Shown here: positions 25,561 to 38,080 of the stretch, one piece after another
Layout of the letters: each line of letters opens with the position of its first letter
How positions within the stretch are numbered: position 1 is the stretch's first letter
Assembly: GCF_006345805.1 (NCBI RefSeq)
Contig: NC_043002.1
Location: 1,798,001-1,862,000, forward strand
Direction: 5' to 3'
DNA: 64,000 nucleotides
DNA from: Octopus sinensis
Lineage: Eukaryota
Translations under genes and position numbers: made by a program
The notes under the pieces: model-generated
What the model was told of the DNA's origin: nothing
Seen by the model: only the letters and a program-made list of their open reading frames with translations
The model's database searches: none

Positions 25561-25756
25561 GTAACATGGCCCACTTTTATCTTCTTATTATTTTTGCTGT
25601 CTGCTTATCACAAATTCTAGACAAAGTATGGAGACATCAGACCAGAAGAGTGATGCGCTCTACTAAGTTACGATAGATCCAGGACAAACTGCATATCAGA
25701 ATAGGACAGCAGTTCATCAACTCCATTAGACGGCGAAAGCCCAACGCATGACTCTC

Positions 25757-25804
<48 letters not shown>

Positions 25805-25869
25805 CCCTCTCTCTCTTACTGTATAATTATGTATGTACATGTATATATATATAGTTATATTTTTCTTAC

Positions 25870-26800
25870 GAAACACAGACTCCATAGAAGTGGTCAAGTC
25901 GAACCTGAGACGTTAGACAAGTAAAATAAATGAAATAGAAAAAGTTCAACTAAAATTAATTAATATAGAAATCATCCAAACTAAAACATATATTGAATTA
26001 TGTCCATTCGCTGGAATTTGTTTACGAAAAAGCGTAATTTTTAAATGCAGTGTGGCAAATGACAAACATCAAATAAGAGTATACAATGGAAACACCATAG
26101 ATTTTTAAGAGACGATGTAGAACCCATTTAAATTCCTTCAGTAGGCTAACATTTAAGAAAATCCAACGGCACTACCTTGATACATACATGATCTAAAATT
26201 ACAGAACATCAATTACACATTATCTTCGTCTATTATAGATGAGCCCCGCCCCCTTACAACACGAATATGGGCCGATGTAGAATGTGCATAAAAGAAGTAT
26301 ACACTATTCTTCGCATGCATAATTCTACCGTATTAAATAAGTTTTCTGACGCTATTCATTCGTGTAACCACAGACATTACTCAACTTTCATGAGACTCTT
26401 TAAATCCGAATGTATTCAACAATAGCCTTAGAAATTTCCATCGCATAACTTAACAACCTATTGCCTATAACAGTATATTGCCAATACAAATATAAATTTT
26501 AATAAAGACTGTAAGTAATGTAATTCTTTACTCCCGTCAGCCTTCATAAAGACTTCCGTCATTTACAAAGCTATATCTGTTCTTCTATAAAAGCTTCCAA
26601 TCATCTCATTCCTTGGCAACGACCTGAATGCATTTCTACCGTAAATATCACTTTTCGTTCATGAAGGAAACATTCTCTGAAAATGAATTTTAAGATTCAT
26701 GTCTTGCTCGAACGAATGAATCCCAGAAACAGCCGTAGGAATATTTTCCTTTAATATGTTGCCCCAAACTATTTTTAATGCCTGCTATTTTCTTTTCTCT
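25870..26800 (+). mobile_element. Penelope-like element 3' relic (GIY-YIG endonuclease plus pLTR-like tail)
   Basis: 26001-26410 across frameshifts reads CPFAGICLRKSVIFKCSV...VYNGNT / FKRRCRTHLNSF / TALP*YIHDLKLQNINY / APYNTNMGRCRMCIKEVYTIL...VLNK...CNHRH, the Penelope GIY-YIG pattern. Confidence 0.8.
26672..26742 (+). ncRNA. Degenerate type I hammerhead-like motif downstream of the Penelope ORF
   Basis: Stem I AUUCU/GGAAU; core CUGAAAA (G8 mutated); stem II contains GAUUCAU/AUGAAUC; GAAA; near-palindromic stem III ACAGCCGU; GUA site. Confidence 0.55.
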
Positions 26801-26992
26801 ATATTTTGGATTCTTTTTTAAAAACGTTTATCTATAATCCTATACTTCATTATATTATTACTATGTTTATATATTCATATATTCATATATTTGTATTTTT
26901 ATATGTAATTTTAATATATCAATATATGTTTTATATTGGACAATTTTTATCTTAATTACATCCGTACGTAAATTCCAACTATATATGAAGCT

Positions 26993-29900
26993 CTACGATC
27001 TACGACATATGAACGACAGTAGGAAGACAGCAGTCATCAACACCGAATTGAAAAGGCTGAACATCGACATTGCGGCGCTGCAAGAGACCAGGCTCGCCGC
27101 AGACGGCGTGCTACGGGAGAAGGACTACACCTTCTACTGGCAGGGGAGACCCGTCGAGGAGGCCCGCCAGCATGGCGTGGGGTTTGCCGTGAGGAACAGC
27201 TTGCTCCCTATGGCGATTCCTCCTTCAAATGGCTCAGAGCGCATCCTCACTCTTAACCTTGCAACATCAACGGGAAAGGTAAACATAATTAGTGCGTATG
27301 CCCCAACACTCCACTCTCCTCAGGAAATAAAAGACCGGTTCTATGAGGAGCTCGACGCCACCATCAGCCAGATACCAGGGTCGGAGCCCATTTTCCTTCT
27401 AGGCGACTTCAACGCAAAGGTGGGATCCGATCATGGGGCATGGCCAGATTGCCTTGGACGCTTTGACGTGGGGAAGATGAATGAGAATGGCCAGAGACTG
27501 TTGGAGCTTTGCTGTTACCGGAAACTCTGCGTTTCCAACACATTCTTCATGACTAAGCCACAACACCAGGTCTCATGGAGGCACCCAAGGTCCGGACACT
27601 GGCACCAACTGGACATGGTCATCACCCGGCGAGCCCACCTCGGCAGTGTGCTTCTCACACGCAGCTACCATAGTGCTGACTGTGATACAGACCACTCTAT
27701 GGTGTGCAGCAGGGTCCGATTGGCCCCAAAGAAAATCCACCGTCCCGTAGGGAAAAGCCGCCCACGCATCAACACCGCCAGGACAACCAACCCCGACCTC
27801 CGCTCGGAATTCACCAACCGCATGGAGGAGGCCCTTAAAGATCACGCAGCCACGTCCATCGAGGAGAGATGGCAGCTTATTCGCGACACCACTTGCAGAA
27901 TAGCCATGTCATCCCTAGGAAAGAGGGAGCGGAGAAATCAAGACTGGTTTGAAGCTCACCTGCCTGAGATGAAGCCTGTCATTGCTGCCAAGAGGGAAGC
28001 ACTGGTCAACTATAAGCGCGACCCATCAGAAAAGAACCTGGCTACTCTGAGAACAGCCAGAAGCGACGCCCAGAGGACGGCCAGACGTTGCGCCAACATC
28101 TACTGGCAGAACTTATGCCAGAACATCCAGTGCTGTGCTGACAGTGGTAACGTGAAAGGGATGTACGAGGAGATGAAGAAAGCATTCGGGCCCACTGTCA
28201 GCAAGGTTGCTCCACTGAAGTCCAGGGATGGCGAGGTCATCAAGGACCAAGCGAAGCAGATGGAGAGGTGGGTCGAGCATTACCAGAACCTCTACTCCAT
28301 TGAGAATGTGGTTACCAGGTCTGCCCTCGCCGGCATTCCTGCTCTGCCTGTCATGGAGGAGCTTGACCTGCCTCCAACAAAGGAAGAACTGAGCAAAGCA
28401 ATTGACTCACTCGCTCGGGGCAAGGCACCAGGGCAAGACGGCATCCCCGCAGAAGTCATCCAGTGCGGGAAGCCAGCCCTTCTGGGCCATCTCCACGAGC
28501 TGCTCTGTCAGTGCTGGGAGGAGGGCTCTGTCCCTAAGGATATGCATGACGCAGACATCATCACACTGTATAAAAACAAAGGGGTAGAAGCGACTGCAAT
28601 AATTACAGGGGCATATCACTGCTCAGCACTGTCGGTAAGGCATTTGCCAGGGTGGTCCTGAAGAGGTTACAAATACTTGCAGAGCGTGTGTACCCCGAGT
28701 CTCAGTCTGGCTTTAGGACAGAGAGGTCTACAATCGACATGATCTTCTCACTCAGGCAGCTTCAAGAAAAGAGTCGAGAACAGAGACAGCCCCTATACGT
28801 GGCCTTCATCGACCTGGCTAAGGCGTTCGACTCAGTCAGCAGGGAGGGGCTGTTTGCGCTCCTGGGTAGGATAGGTTGCCCTCCCAGACTGCTGAAACTC
28901 ATCACCTCCTTTCACGACGGTATGCAGGGAACAGTGCAGTTTGACGGATCGCCCTCGGAGTCGTTCCCCATCCAGAGTGGAGTGAAACAGGGTTGCGTTC
29001 TGGCGCCGACGCTCTTCGGAATTTTCTTCTCCCTTGTCCTGTCCTATGCCTTCAGAACGTCCGACGACGGAGTGTTCCTCCACACCAGGGCTGATGGTGG
29101 ATTGTTCAATCTTGCGCGCCTCAGAGCTAAGACCAAAGTCCGTCAGGTGCTGATCAGAGAGATCCTCTTTGCTGACGATGCCGCCCTAACATTACACAGC
29201 CAGCCGGGTCTCCAGAGGCTGGTCAGCTCCCTGACGGATGCCTGCCAAGAGTTCGGCCTTACCATCAGCCTGAAAAAGACAGAGATCATGGGCCAGGACG
29301 TCGGAGGGGTCCCCAGCATCAGTGTCGGCGACCACAGCTTGCAGGTGGTGAACGAGTTCACTTACCTGGGATCGACGGTCTCCAGCAGCCTGTCCCTCGA
29401 GCCGGAGCTGAACAGACGGATTGGGAAGGCTGCTGCTGCCATCGCTAAGCTCTCCAGGAGAGTGTGGGAAAACAACATGCTCACAATAACCACCAAGATC
29501 GCAGTGTACCGAGCCTGCGTGCTGAGCACCCTACTCTACGGCAGCGAGAGCTGGACGACATACACCCGGCAAGAATGCCGCCTCAGCGGCTTCCACATGC
29601 GGTGTCTTCGACGGATCCTTGGCATCTCCTGGAAGGACCGAGTACCAAACGGAGTCATCCTAGAACAGACTAATATGCCAAGCATGCATGCCCTCCTCGT
29701 GCGGAGACGACTGCGCTGGCTCGGACACGTCTGCCGCATGCAGGACGGTCGCATGCCTAAAGACATCCTGTACAGCGAACTCACCACGGGATCCCGACCC
29801 AAGTGACGTCCACAGCTACGATACAGGGATGTGTGCAAACGCGACCTGAGGACTGCCAACATCTGTGTGGACACGTGGGAGGAAACAGCTGCTGACCGCT

Positions 29901-30162
29901 CTGCCTGGCGTCGGACAGTGAGGAAAGGCGTTTCCATGGCTGAGGAAAGGAGAGCACAGCTGTGGTCGGACTGACGGGACAGGAGGAGGACAACTGCAGC
30001 AACACCCCACACGTACCCATCGATGTTCGTGTGCAGCAACTGTACCAAGGACTGCCACTCTAGAATTGGATTGTTCAGTCACAGCAGACGCTGCTCATCA
30101 TCGAAGTAGGCCCCACCCCTGGCGTGACCCATTTTCTATCAAGACAGACGGGAAAGAGAGAG
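26993..30162 (+). mobile_element. Near full-length RTE-clade LINE
   Basis: 10-bp TSD ATATGAAGCT at 26983-26992 and 30163-30172; (GA)n tail; EN and RT domains present; much more GC-rich than the flanks. Confidence 0.97.
26997..30109 (+). pseudogene. RTE ORF: APE endonuclease + reverse transcriptase + C-terminal CxxC/H motif, disrupted
   Basis: LQETR, YAPT, LGDFNAKVG, DTDHSMV; QSGFR, FIDLAKAFDSV, GVKQGCVLAPTLF, LFADD, YLGS; FVCSNCTKDCHSRIGLFSHSRRC*. Lesions: 1-bp loss near 28585, TGA at 29804, TGA near 29971, 1-bp loss near 29992; extreme N-terminus missing. Confidence 0.93.
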
Positions 30163-30193
30163 ATATGAAGCTTTTATATAAATATATATATTC

Positions 30194-30238
<45 letters not shown>

Positions 30239-30499
30239 TAAATAGACACACGCGCACACATACATGACAGAAGTAAATGGACCCCCCCCCCATAAAACAT
30301 CGTTTTGCGTTTATTTTAACTTTTAAAGGTTTATATTTTTTATTAATTGACATTTATATATTTCAGGTTCTATATGTGACTGTTTAATCCTTGGACCTGT
30401 TTAAGCCTTCGAACTGTCTGAATTTCAAAGAGGCCGTATTGTGGATCATTATGAATGTGGATATAACGTCAAATCGTAGAAAACCTTGAGATCCCGCTT

Positions 30500-31255
30500 T
30501 GTACAGTTAATAGGGTGATTGTGCAATTCACCAGAGAGGGGAAGGTGTCCACATCCCCTCACCCAGATCAACTAGAACACTAAGTGAAGTGTGGTGGGTA
30601 ATCATCATTGCAAGGCCTCTGAGATAGCAGAACAATTTGATGTCAGTCCCAGAACAGTTGTCAGCTATGTCCACAAACTGCGATCAGCCAACATCAAGTG
30701 GAGAAAGAATTGGGCCATTGGAGTGACCATTAGCATTTTGGAACACTGTTATATTCTCCGATGAGTCCCGATTTGCCGTATTTCTTGACAGTGTTTGAGT
30801 TTGGTCTGGAGACTCTGTCATCAAAAATTTCAACAATGAAACACAGCAGCCAATCCGTGATTATCCGGGAAGCAATTAGGAGGAATAGTCGATCAGAGCT
30901 GGAGGAGAGTGATGGAAACATACATTCAGATAAATATGTGTCCATATTACTGAAAGGATTTCTTACAATCTTCTCTAGTTGTGAAATGATTAAAGAAATG
31001 ATTATTTATGGAAGATGGGGCTCCTTGTCACGCGGCTAAAATGATCCAAGATTTGTTGGATGAAAATGGCATTTAAACGTTTCCATGACCAAGCCAGTCA
31101 CCAGATATAAACCCAACGGAACACCTCTTTTGAGATTCCTGCATGAAAATTGGTAAGAAATTCCTGAAGAGAATATTCGTCATCTTATCGGCAGCATGCC
31201 TAACAGGGACCTTTCATTGAAAAATGCAAATGGCATTTCCACTAAATATTAAATA
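30500..31255 (+). mobile_element. Decayed Tc1 (DD34E) transposase
   Basis: WNTVIFSDESRF (D at 30760), FMEDGAPCH (D at 31014), SPDINPTEHL (E at 31119) with exactly 34 codons between the second D and E; in-frame stops. Confidence 0.82.
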
Positions 31256-31344
31256 TCCACATTATAACAATTTATAAATAATTTGACTGTATTTCAGATT
31301 TAAATCTATTTTAATGAATATAAGGGTGTCTATTTACTTCCGAC

Positions 31345-31765
31345 GTGCACACACACACACACACATATATATATACACACACACATATTTATATATATAT
31401 ATATATATACACGTCTTTGTGTATATGTATGTATGTACGCACGTATGTATGTATGTATGTTATGTATGTATGTGTGTGTGTTTATGTATGTGTGTATGTA
31501 TGTATGTATGTGTGTATGTGTGTATGTATGTATGTATGTATGTATGTATGTGTGTGTGTTTATGTATGTGTGTATGTATGTATGTATGTGTGTATGTCTG
31601 TATGTCTGTATGTATGTATGTATGTATGTATGTATGTATGTATGTTATGTATGTATGTATGTATGTATGTATGAATGTGTGTATGGGTGTGTATGTATGA
31701 GTGCGTGTTATGTATGTGTGTATATGTATGTATACGTGTATTACTATAGATGTATGTATGTATGA
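31345..31765. repeat. Long compound (CA)n/(TA)n/(TATG)n microsatellite
   Basis: Directly visible. Confidence 0.96.
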
Positions 31766-32474
31766 AAGTTTGTTTCCCGATTCGCTCTTCAAGCGGAACT
31801 CAAGCTCCGTTTGAAGATCGCCGGGAACCTGGAGTCGGGAGAGAGTCTCAGATTCAGCTTTAAAAGAAGTAATATAACCTCTACATCAACTGACCACTCC
31901 TTTGTATGTGTATGTGTGTGTGTGTGTGTATGTGTGTGTGTGTGTATGTGTGTGTGAGAGAGAGAGAGAGAGAGTAATATGTGTGTATATCATGACTATT
32001 TGACGGTGCAATATCATATCTAATGCCACGTGACCGACAGCCATATACTTCTGTACCACTGGGCAGTGTGCGGTGGTGGTTCTCACTTTTATGTATAACC
32101 TGATGAGAAATAGATTTCTCGAAGCAGAACGCTTTGCAGCGCAGAACATATCAATATCGTTTTACATTGTATCAGATACTTGCTTCCCTTGTTTATTCTT
32201 TGTATAGAACAAACGCTGTAGCTCTAAACACATGTGGCCTACTTTCAGAGAAAGATAACTCTTTAAGGCCTACTCTGTGTGTTACGCATATGACCTGTTG
32301 CGAAGTGGATATGAATATATAAAAATACAAGCATACATACATAAGTATATATACACATATATATATAGATATATAAAGTTAATCCAAACATGAAAGCACA
32401 AAAAAACACAACGACGCGAGGACGTGGAACAAATATAGTATTATTGGACGCTCAGGAAAGAAGAAAGAAGGAGG

Positions 32475-32509
32475 GTTTAACAATTCGAGCGGAACTCTTC
32501 GTCGGAAAC
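32475..32509 (-). ncRNA. Degenerate minimal hammerhead-like motif
   Basis: Minus strand GUUU-CCGACGAA-GAGU(UCC)GCUC-GAAU-UGUU-AAAC; GAAA is mutated to GAAU. Confidence 0.35.
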
Positions 32510-32586
32510 ATAGGAGAAGGAAAGATCCAGAGAAGGGAAGACGCAGGAAAAAAATCGCCAACGGTACACACGCGGTCACATTTTGA

Positions 32587-32620
<34 letters not shown>

Positions 32621-32637
32621 CACACACACACATATAC

Positions 32638-32688
<51 letters not shown>

Positions 32689-32803
32689 CATACATATATA
32701 TATATACATATATATTAGAAGAAATGAGGTGCTCAGAAGATCGGATGGTTTATATTTACAGATATTTATTTGTATATTACATTTTTTATATATATATCAT
32801 ATC

Positions 32804-32859
32804 ACTTAGATCATTAGCGCTTTCTCCCATTCTTGTGGGGTTTTCAAATCAAAATAAGT
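32804..32859 (-). ncRNA. Hammerhead-like motif, U3-A8 variant (left arm)
   Basis: Mirror of 32868-32923 with one extra mismatch in distal stem I. Confidence 0.4.
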
Positions 32860-32867
32860 TTGATCAA

Positions 32868-32923
32868 ACTTAGTTTGATTTGAAAACCCCACTAGAATGG
32901 GAGAAAGCGCTAATGATCTAAGT
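32868..32923 (+). ncRNA. Hammerhead-like motif, U3-A8 variant (right arm)
   Basis: Stem I ACUUAG/CUAAGU plus AU/AU; core UUGAAAA; stem II CCCA/UGGG with a C-A mismatch at its base; GAAA; palindromic stem III AGCGCU; CUA site. Confidence 0.42.
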
Positions 32924-33082
32924 GATATGATATATATATATATAAAATGTTATATACAAATAAATATCTGTAAATATAAACCATCCGATCTTCTGAGTAC
33001 CTCATTTCTTCTAATATATAATACCTGTACATCATCTCCAAACCTTCCTATACATACATACATATATACATACATACATACA

Positions 33083-33116
<34 letters not shown>

Positions 33117-33984
33117 CATATGTACGTTTTCTGCAAGGATTTGGTAAGCGATGTCGATTTTACAATACTGCAAATAATAATATTTTATAAGCTGAAAGCT
33201 TATGAGCCATCACCGTGTATTGACGAAGGAAAAAAGTGGGTGGGGGTACGTTGGAGGTATGGGTTCGAGTCCCAAGCATACGGAAAAAAAACCTCCTTTT
33301 TTCCTTCGAGGGCTTATATGCCCCAGTAGATTTAGTTTCGTTGTTTCTAAAACCTGTTGTCCTCAATTGTATAACTTAAGGTTATGTCTCGATTACATTG
33401 TTTTGTTCTGGTTTCATAGTGAAAACAAATGCAGTACATGTAAATGAATACCGAATATCACGACCAGGTCGTGCTTGTAGACCAAAGTGTTTTGACTCTT
33501 AACACTAAATAGAAAGTGATGATAATATAACAGCATTTTAACTGTTGAATATGACTTGCTAAACAAGTAAAATGTCACTACAAACGACATTCATTTCTTT
33601 CCAGATGTATTCTCCACTCTTTTATTCGCGAGGTTCCAATATGAATTCTGCGACTATTTACCTCCCAACCGATGAAGAACCACCAGGAAAAACGTCGGAC
33701 CCTCCTCTCTTTTGTCGGATTTTAGAGTATGAACTTTAAGGAATCTATACGTATAAATAATTGCCATTCTCTCTTGCTTTCTTGATTTTCCAGTTTTTCT
33801 GCTTAATTTACATACACACACGCACACAAACAATACACACAACACACACACAGAGCGCGCGCACAGACTCACTTCTATGTGACTACTTTATAAATATCTC
33901 GATGCCATTAATAACTGTGTGTTCATCTCTTTTTTGTTACACTTATCTACGTAAATACAAAAACTCACAACACAAATCTTTATG

Positions 33985-34125
33985 TACAGAACCAAATTCA
34001 TTCACAAGTTATTGGCACATCGTGAGACAAAACAAGACCTTTGCCCAAATTGCCATGTACTGGGATTGAACCGATAACCACGTGGTTGAGAATCGGCCTT
34101 GTTAACAACATAGTCATTCCTGCCC
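33985..34125 (-). mobile_element. Degenerate SINE, family A head
   Basis: ACCTTTGCCCAA...GGGATTGAACC...AACCACGTGGTTG resembles 45720-45810. Confidence 0.55.
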
Positions 34126-35379
34126 TTGCTATAACCACGGATATATTTAATCATGGTATAATTATGTTTATATTTTATGCTATTCGTGAACATCTTTCGT
34201 TTTTAAAGATTTAAAATCTCCCTGTTTCCTTGTGTTTTATTCATGAAAAGCAATAAATGAAGAATTTAGGCAGTAAGATATTTTCTTTAAAGACATTTTC
34301 GAGTCTTTTTATTAAAATTTCATCATTAATGCAACCTAAAGAATATTACTGCATTAGTATTTCGATAATTAGTAAACATTACACACTTTTGTCGTATGAG
34401 TTCCTTACCCAATACTTTTATAATGAATGCCTGAATAATTAGCGCAGTACTTTAAAATTGATTGGAGACAATTATTTACAGAAACACATAAATGATAACA
34501 ACGGTTGAAGAATTTTCAGGCGATAAATAGCCAGAGGCGAGATTGCCCGAAGCTGTTGTTACAAGACTTGATCGGAATGGTGATAATTTTCTATAAATAG
34601 AATCCAGTTGGAAGACGTTCCTTAAACAAGAGTATCGATCGTAGATTTTCTGAAATATTGATTTCTTAGAAAAATCAAGGCACGAACATGGAGTGTCGCC
34701 TGGTTGAGTGAGTCAGCGATGGAAGTGAAATAGATCAAAGCTAACACACAATCACGCATTACATGAAGCTTATGATTTGTTGTGAGGCACCTGAATATCT
34801 AAAATGGAAAACGGAGGTGATTTTTCATTCTGTGTGCAACAGAAATTGGAATGTCGGGCGTTCACGCTTTTCCTTGATGTATAAACTTGCTTCATCCCAA
34901 AACACAATCCATGTGGCAGTGTTTGGCACCTTCTTTGAGCCGAAATTAATTTCAATCAAGTGAAACTATAAACATAATTAGAAGAAAATTAATGAGTACT
35001 AATGAAAATAAATTGAAACTCAGCCAATCAGAGAGTTGTCGAATATATAACTGAGCAAATGTTTATGAACGCTCTGCCGGAAAGGAGTGCGTTTGATGTC
35101 TGAGAGTTACGGTTTCAATTTTATGTCACTTTCTCAGTGAAGTATTATCCACCCAAGGATGATAAGGTCACACAACTACCAAACATTCTCAGTTTGGAGA
35201 ATTAAATTACTTCCCTAATTAGGAAAAGTAGAATAATGAAATTGTGAAATTTGCCAACGATGACTTGTTTCTGAAGCACATAGACATGTTCAGACTACCA
35301 TACGGTGTACATGTAGGGGTGTATTTTTAATCGATAGAAATTATAACGCTGCTGGGAATTATTAATGGTAACGAAAATG

Positions 35380-36490
35380 AATCTCAAAATGTGGAAGGGA
35401 GAGAATTCGGGAGATATCAGTAGTTCAATACTTCACCGGATATATTGAAAGACAGAAACCTCTTATCGAATTTCTCAACATCATTATAATGGCAAAATTT
35501 TAACGTTATATACAATAGCCGTTCTTATTTCTTGGTAGTCTTCTGTACCATATATTTTTATGCGACTGGCTAATAATGTATCCGGAATTTACACCATTGC
35601 TTTCAAAAAAACAAACTCATTTCTTCGCCATAACTTCAATTAATTTTGGATAATTGGAATGTTAAGAGTCATGTCCCTTACTTCTTTTGACAGCAGTTTT
35701 CTTTAACACCGGGTAATTTTCTCTCTGTTACAGTTAAGATATCAATGTATTAAAACTGCTTGACTCGTCACCAGGAGCACGATACACAGCACTTAACTAT
35801 TTTCTTCACACGGAAGGCAACTTTAATTTTTTTTTCTAATTTAATACTTGGAATTTTTTGAATAGTCAGTGAATTATAGTCACATTAAAATTATATCTAT
35901 TGACTGTCCTTAAGTATTATCAGCGTTCAGGAGATGATCCTCATATCGGAAAATTTCTCCATAATCATCAGCCTTCACACAGCCTTTTCTTCGCTGTATA
36001 AATCCAATTAATTTGTGCCATCTGAATGTCTGTGGTATCTTTTCGTTGTTTCTTTTGAGAACAAAATTTAATAATGCTAATGTGTTTTCTTTCATTATAG
36101 CTATGATTTCAATTCATTCACAGTTTGACCCGCATCCTACACTAACAGAGCAGACATAATCGTCTGGGGTTGATGACTGAAACCAGCTGCCCAACAGATG
36201 TCAAAGTATTAAAGGTTACAGAAAATAACCCCCGCCCATGTTCAAGAAATTAGGAATTTGTTCTTCAGTTATTTCCACCCGGACAATATAGTTTTAAATT
36301 TCTACCAGTAATTATTGGAAGAGTTGGTTTTGAGTCTAACTGCTTTGATGCAAATCTTTGGAATTGAGGCTTTTACAAAATCCGACAGAACTCCCCAACT
36401 CAGAAAATTAGAATTATCAAAAGTAGAGACAAAATATGCGAAACATTCGATAAATTTAGCATATATTAAGATCCACATAAGCAATGACAT
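35380..36490 (-). pseudogene. Possible decayed intronless class I SAM methyltransferase (HNMT-like)
   Basis: Short collinear resemblances only: AKFIECFAYFV, DFVKASIPKI, SVGCGS, TFRWHK, SIDIIFNVTIIH; many stops; spacing imperfect. Confidence 0.28.
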
Positions 36491-37914
36491 TTTTGTCTCT
36501 GTATGCGTGTGCACATACATATGCATATGTATGTATACTCTCATACATCTGCACATGTATACATACACACAGATATTTAAGTGTTTATGTATATGTACGC
36601 ATGTGTTTGTGTGTGTGTGCTTGTGCTTGTGTGTTCATATGATGTTTATGCAATCGTAATTTACTTCACGAAACTATTTCCTCCATATGCTGTTACTCGT
36701 GTTACAACAATAAATAAAAACATAACATAAATATGAAGTGTTAGTATTGATAAATAATGGGAAATATATCAATAAAGTTAACATCAATGCGCAACACTTT
36801 ATCTTCCACATTATTTATACGTGCTCGAAATACAGACACAGACTCTAACTGAGATTAATAAATAGAGAATGCAGACATGTTTCCATGTTTTCTTAATTAT
36901 TGAAATACGCAAAATAATTTCATAGAAAATAAATTAGTAACGAAAAGTAATATAATTTTAAAATTAAACAAAATTCTAGTTAATAATTATATAGTTTTTA
37001 ATGAAACTATATATTTTAACTTTGAAATTTCAATGTAGTTTAAAGATCTCCCAATACATTACGGAACAACAGCAGTGTAATTTATTAGACGAAACTGAAT
37101 ATCAATTTATGTTGACATTCCTGAATGTATTTCAATTTTCATATTTCTTAAAACATCCGAACTAATATCCCATACATTGATTAATATAATTTTGGAAAAT
37201 ATTTCTATGCATAAGTAATAACGTGTGTCTCTTTTTTACATTATTTAATTGACAAAATACGACTGTTGCTAAAGTTTGATATATATTTCATTAATAATCG
37301 ATCTTAGTTTTAGAAGTTGTTTCAGAAACGATATTACTTTTATTAATCAGACATATTAAACATAACGGACGGATAAGATACTGATTTTCGTGGTCGTGGG
37401 AAAGGTATCCAAAAGATATATTGGGTTAGTACATCAGATATGATGGCGACTAAAGGGGGATATTAATTGGAACAAACGGTTTAAAGGATAAAATTATTTG
37501 CTTTCGACAGCAACGTAGTTGTTGTGATAAAAATGCTAAACAAAATATTGTCAAGCAGTTTTTTTTTGTGATAAATGGTTTTCTCATAATGGTATAAATA
37601 GCATATTAACACTAAAGAATTAGGAAATGTGAACATTTTTTTTATTCAGAGTAACTTGAAGATTTTTTCTGTGGGTAATAAATGTAAATAAAAAAAAAAC
37701 ACAATAGATTATCTATAATGGAAGATAAAACGCTTGAAAATAAGTTGAAATATTTGAGAGAAAGCAACACATGTAAGATGTATAATGCGATTTATGATTG
37801 CTGCTAGTAGGAGGCGAAGAAGATAATGATAATGATAGATGGCCACAGAAGAGAAATGATTGCACAGACGACAAAGCATCGTCTTTAATTCATTATCTTA
37901 TTATTATTATGAAA

Positions 37915-38080
37915 GGGAAATATCCGTTGTTGGGGGAAGAAAAGGAAACCATGATCCATGTGAGGACCCCAAAGTGATGTGACCTCTGTGGAAGCAGACC
38001 GTCGAAAAGTTGTTTTTGCGGGTAGATTCGTCAATCGCGAATTTTATGGAGAGGAGGATATTGGACTATATGCATGGTGA
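37915..38080 (+). mobile_element. Possible L1/Tx1 ORF2 C-terminal relic
   Basis: YPLLGEEKETMIH...CDLCG resembles the C..C.EEET..H...C..LW zinc motif; heavily degraded. Confidence 0.28.

Larger units (their letters stand above)
32709..33020. mobile_element. Spacer-less palindromic element (~155-bp arms)
   Basis: Centre AAGTTTGATCAAACTT (axis 32863/32864); arms complementary apart from a few substitutions and a TA-length difference; lies between microsatellite tracts. Confidence 0.95.

Noticed and set aside
25488-25676. Short ORF with a signal-peptide-like stretch
   Set aside because: Begins inside a SINE relic; no recognisable domain or splice support.
27573-30082. Antisense and alternate-frame ORFs over the RTE
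   Set aside because: Shadows of a GC-rich coding strand; no independent motifs.
33255-33290. Isolated B-box GGTTCGAGTCCC
   Set aside because: No A-box at a plausible distance and no cloverleaf.
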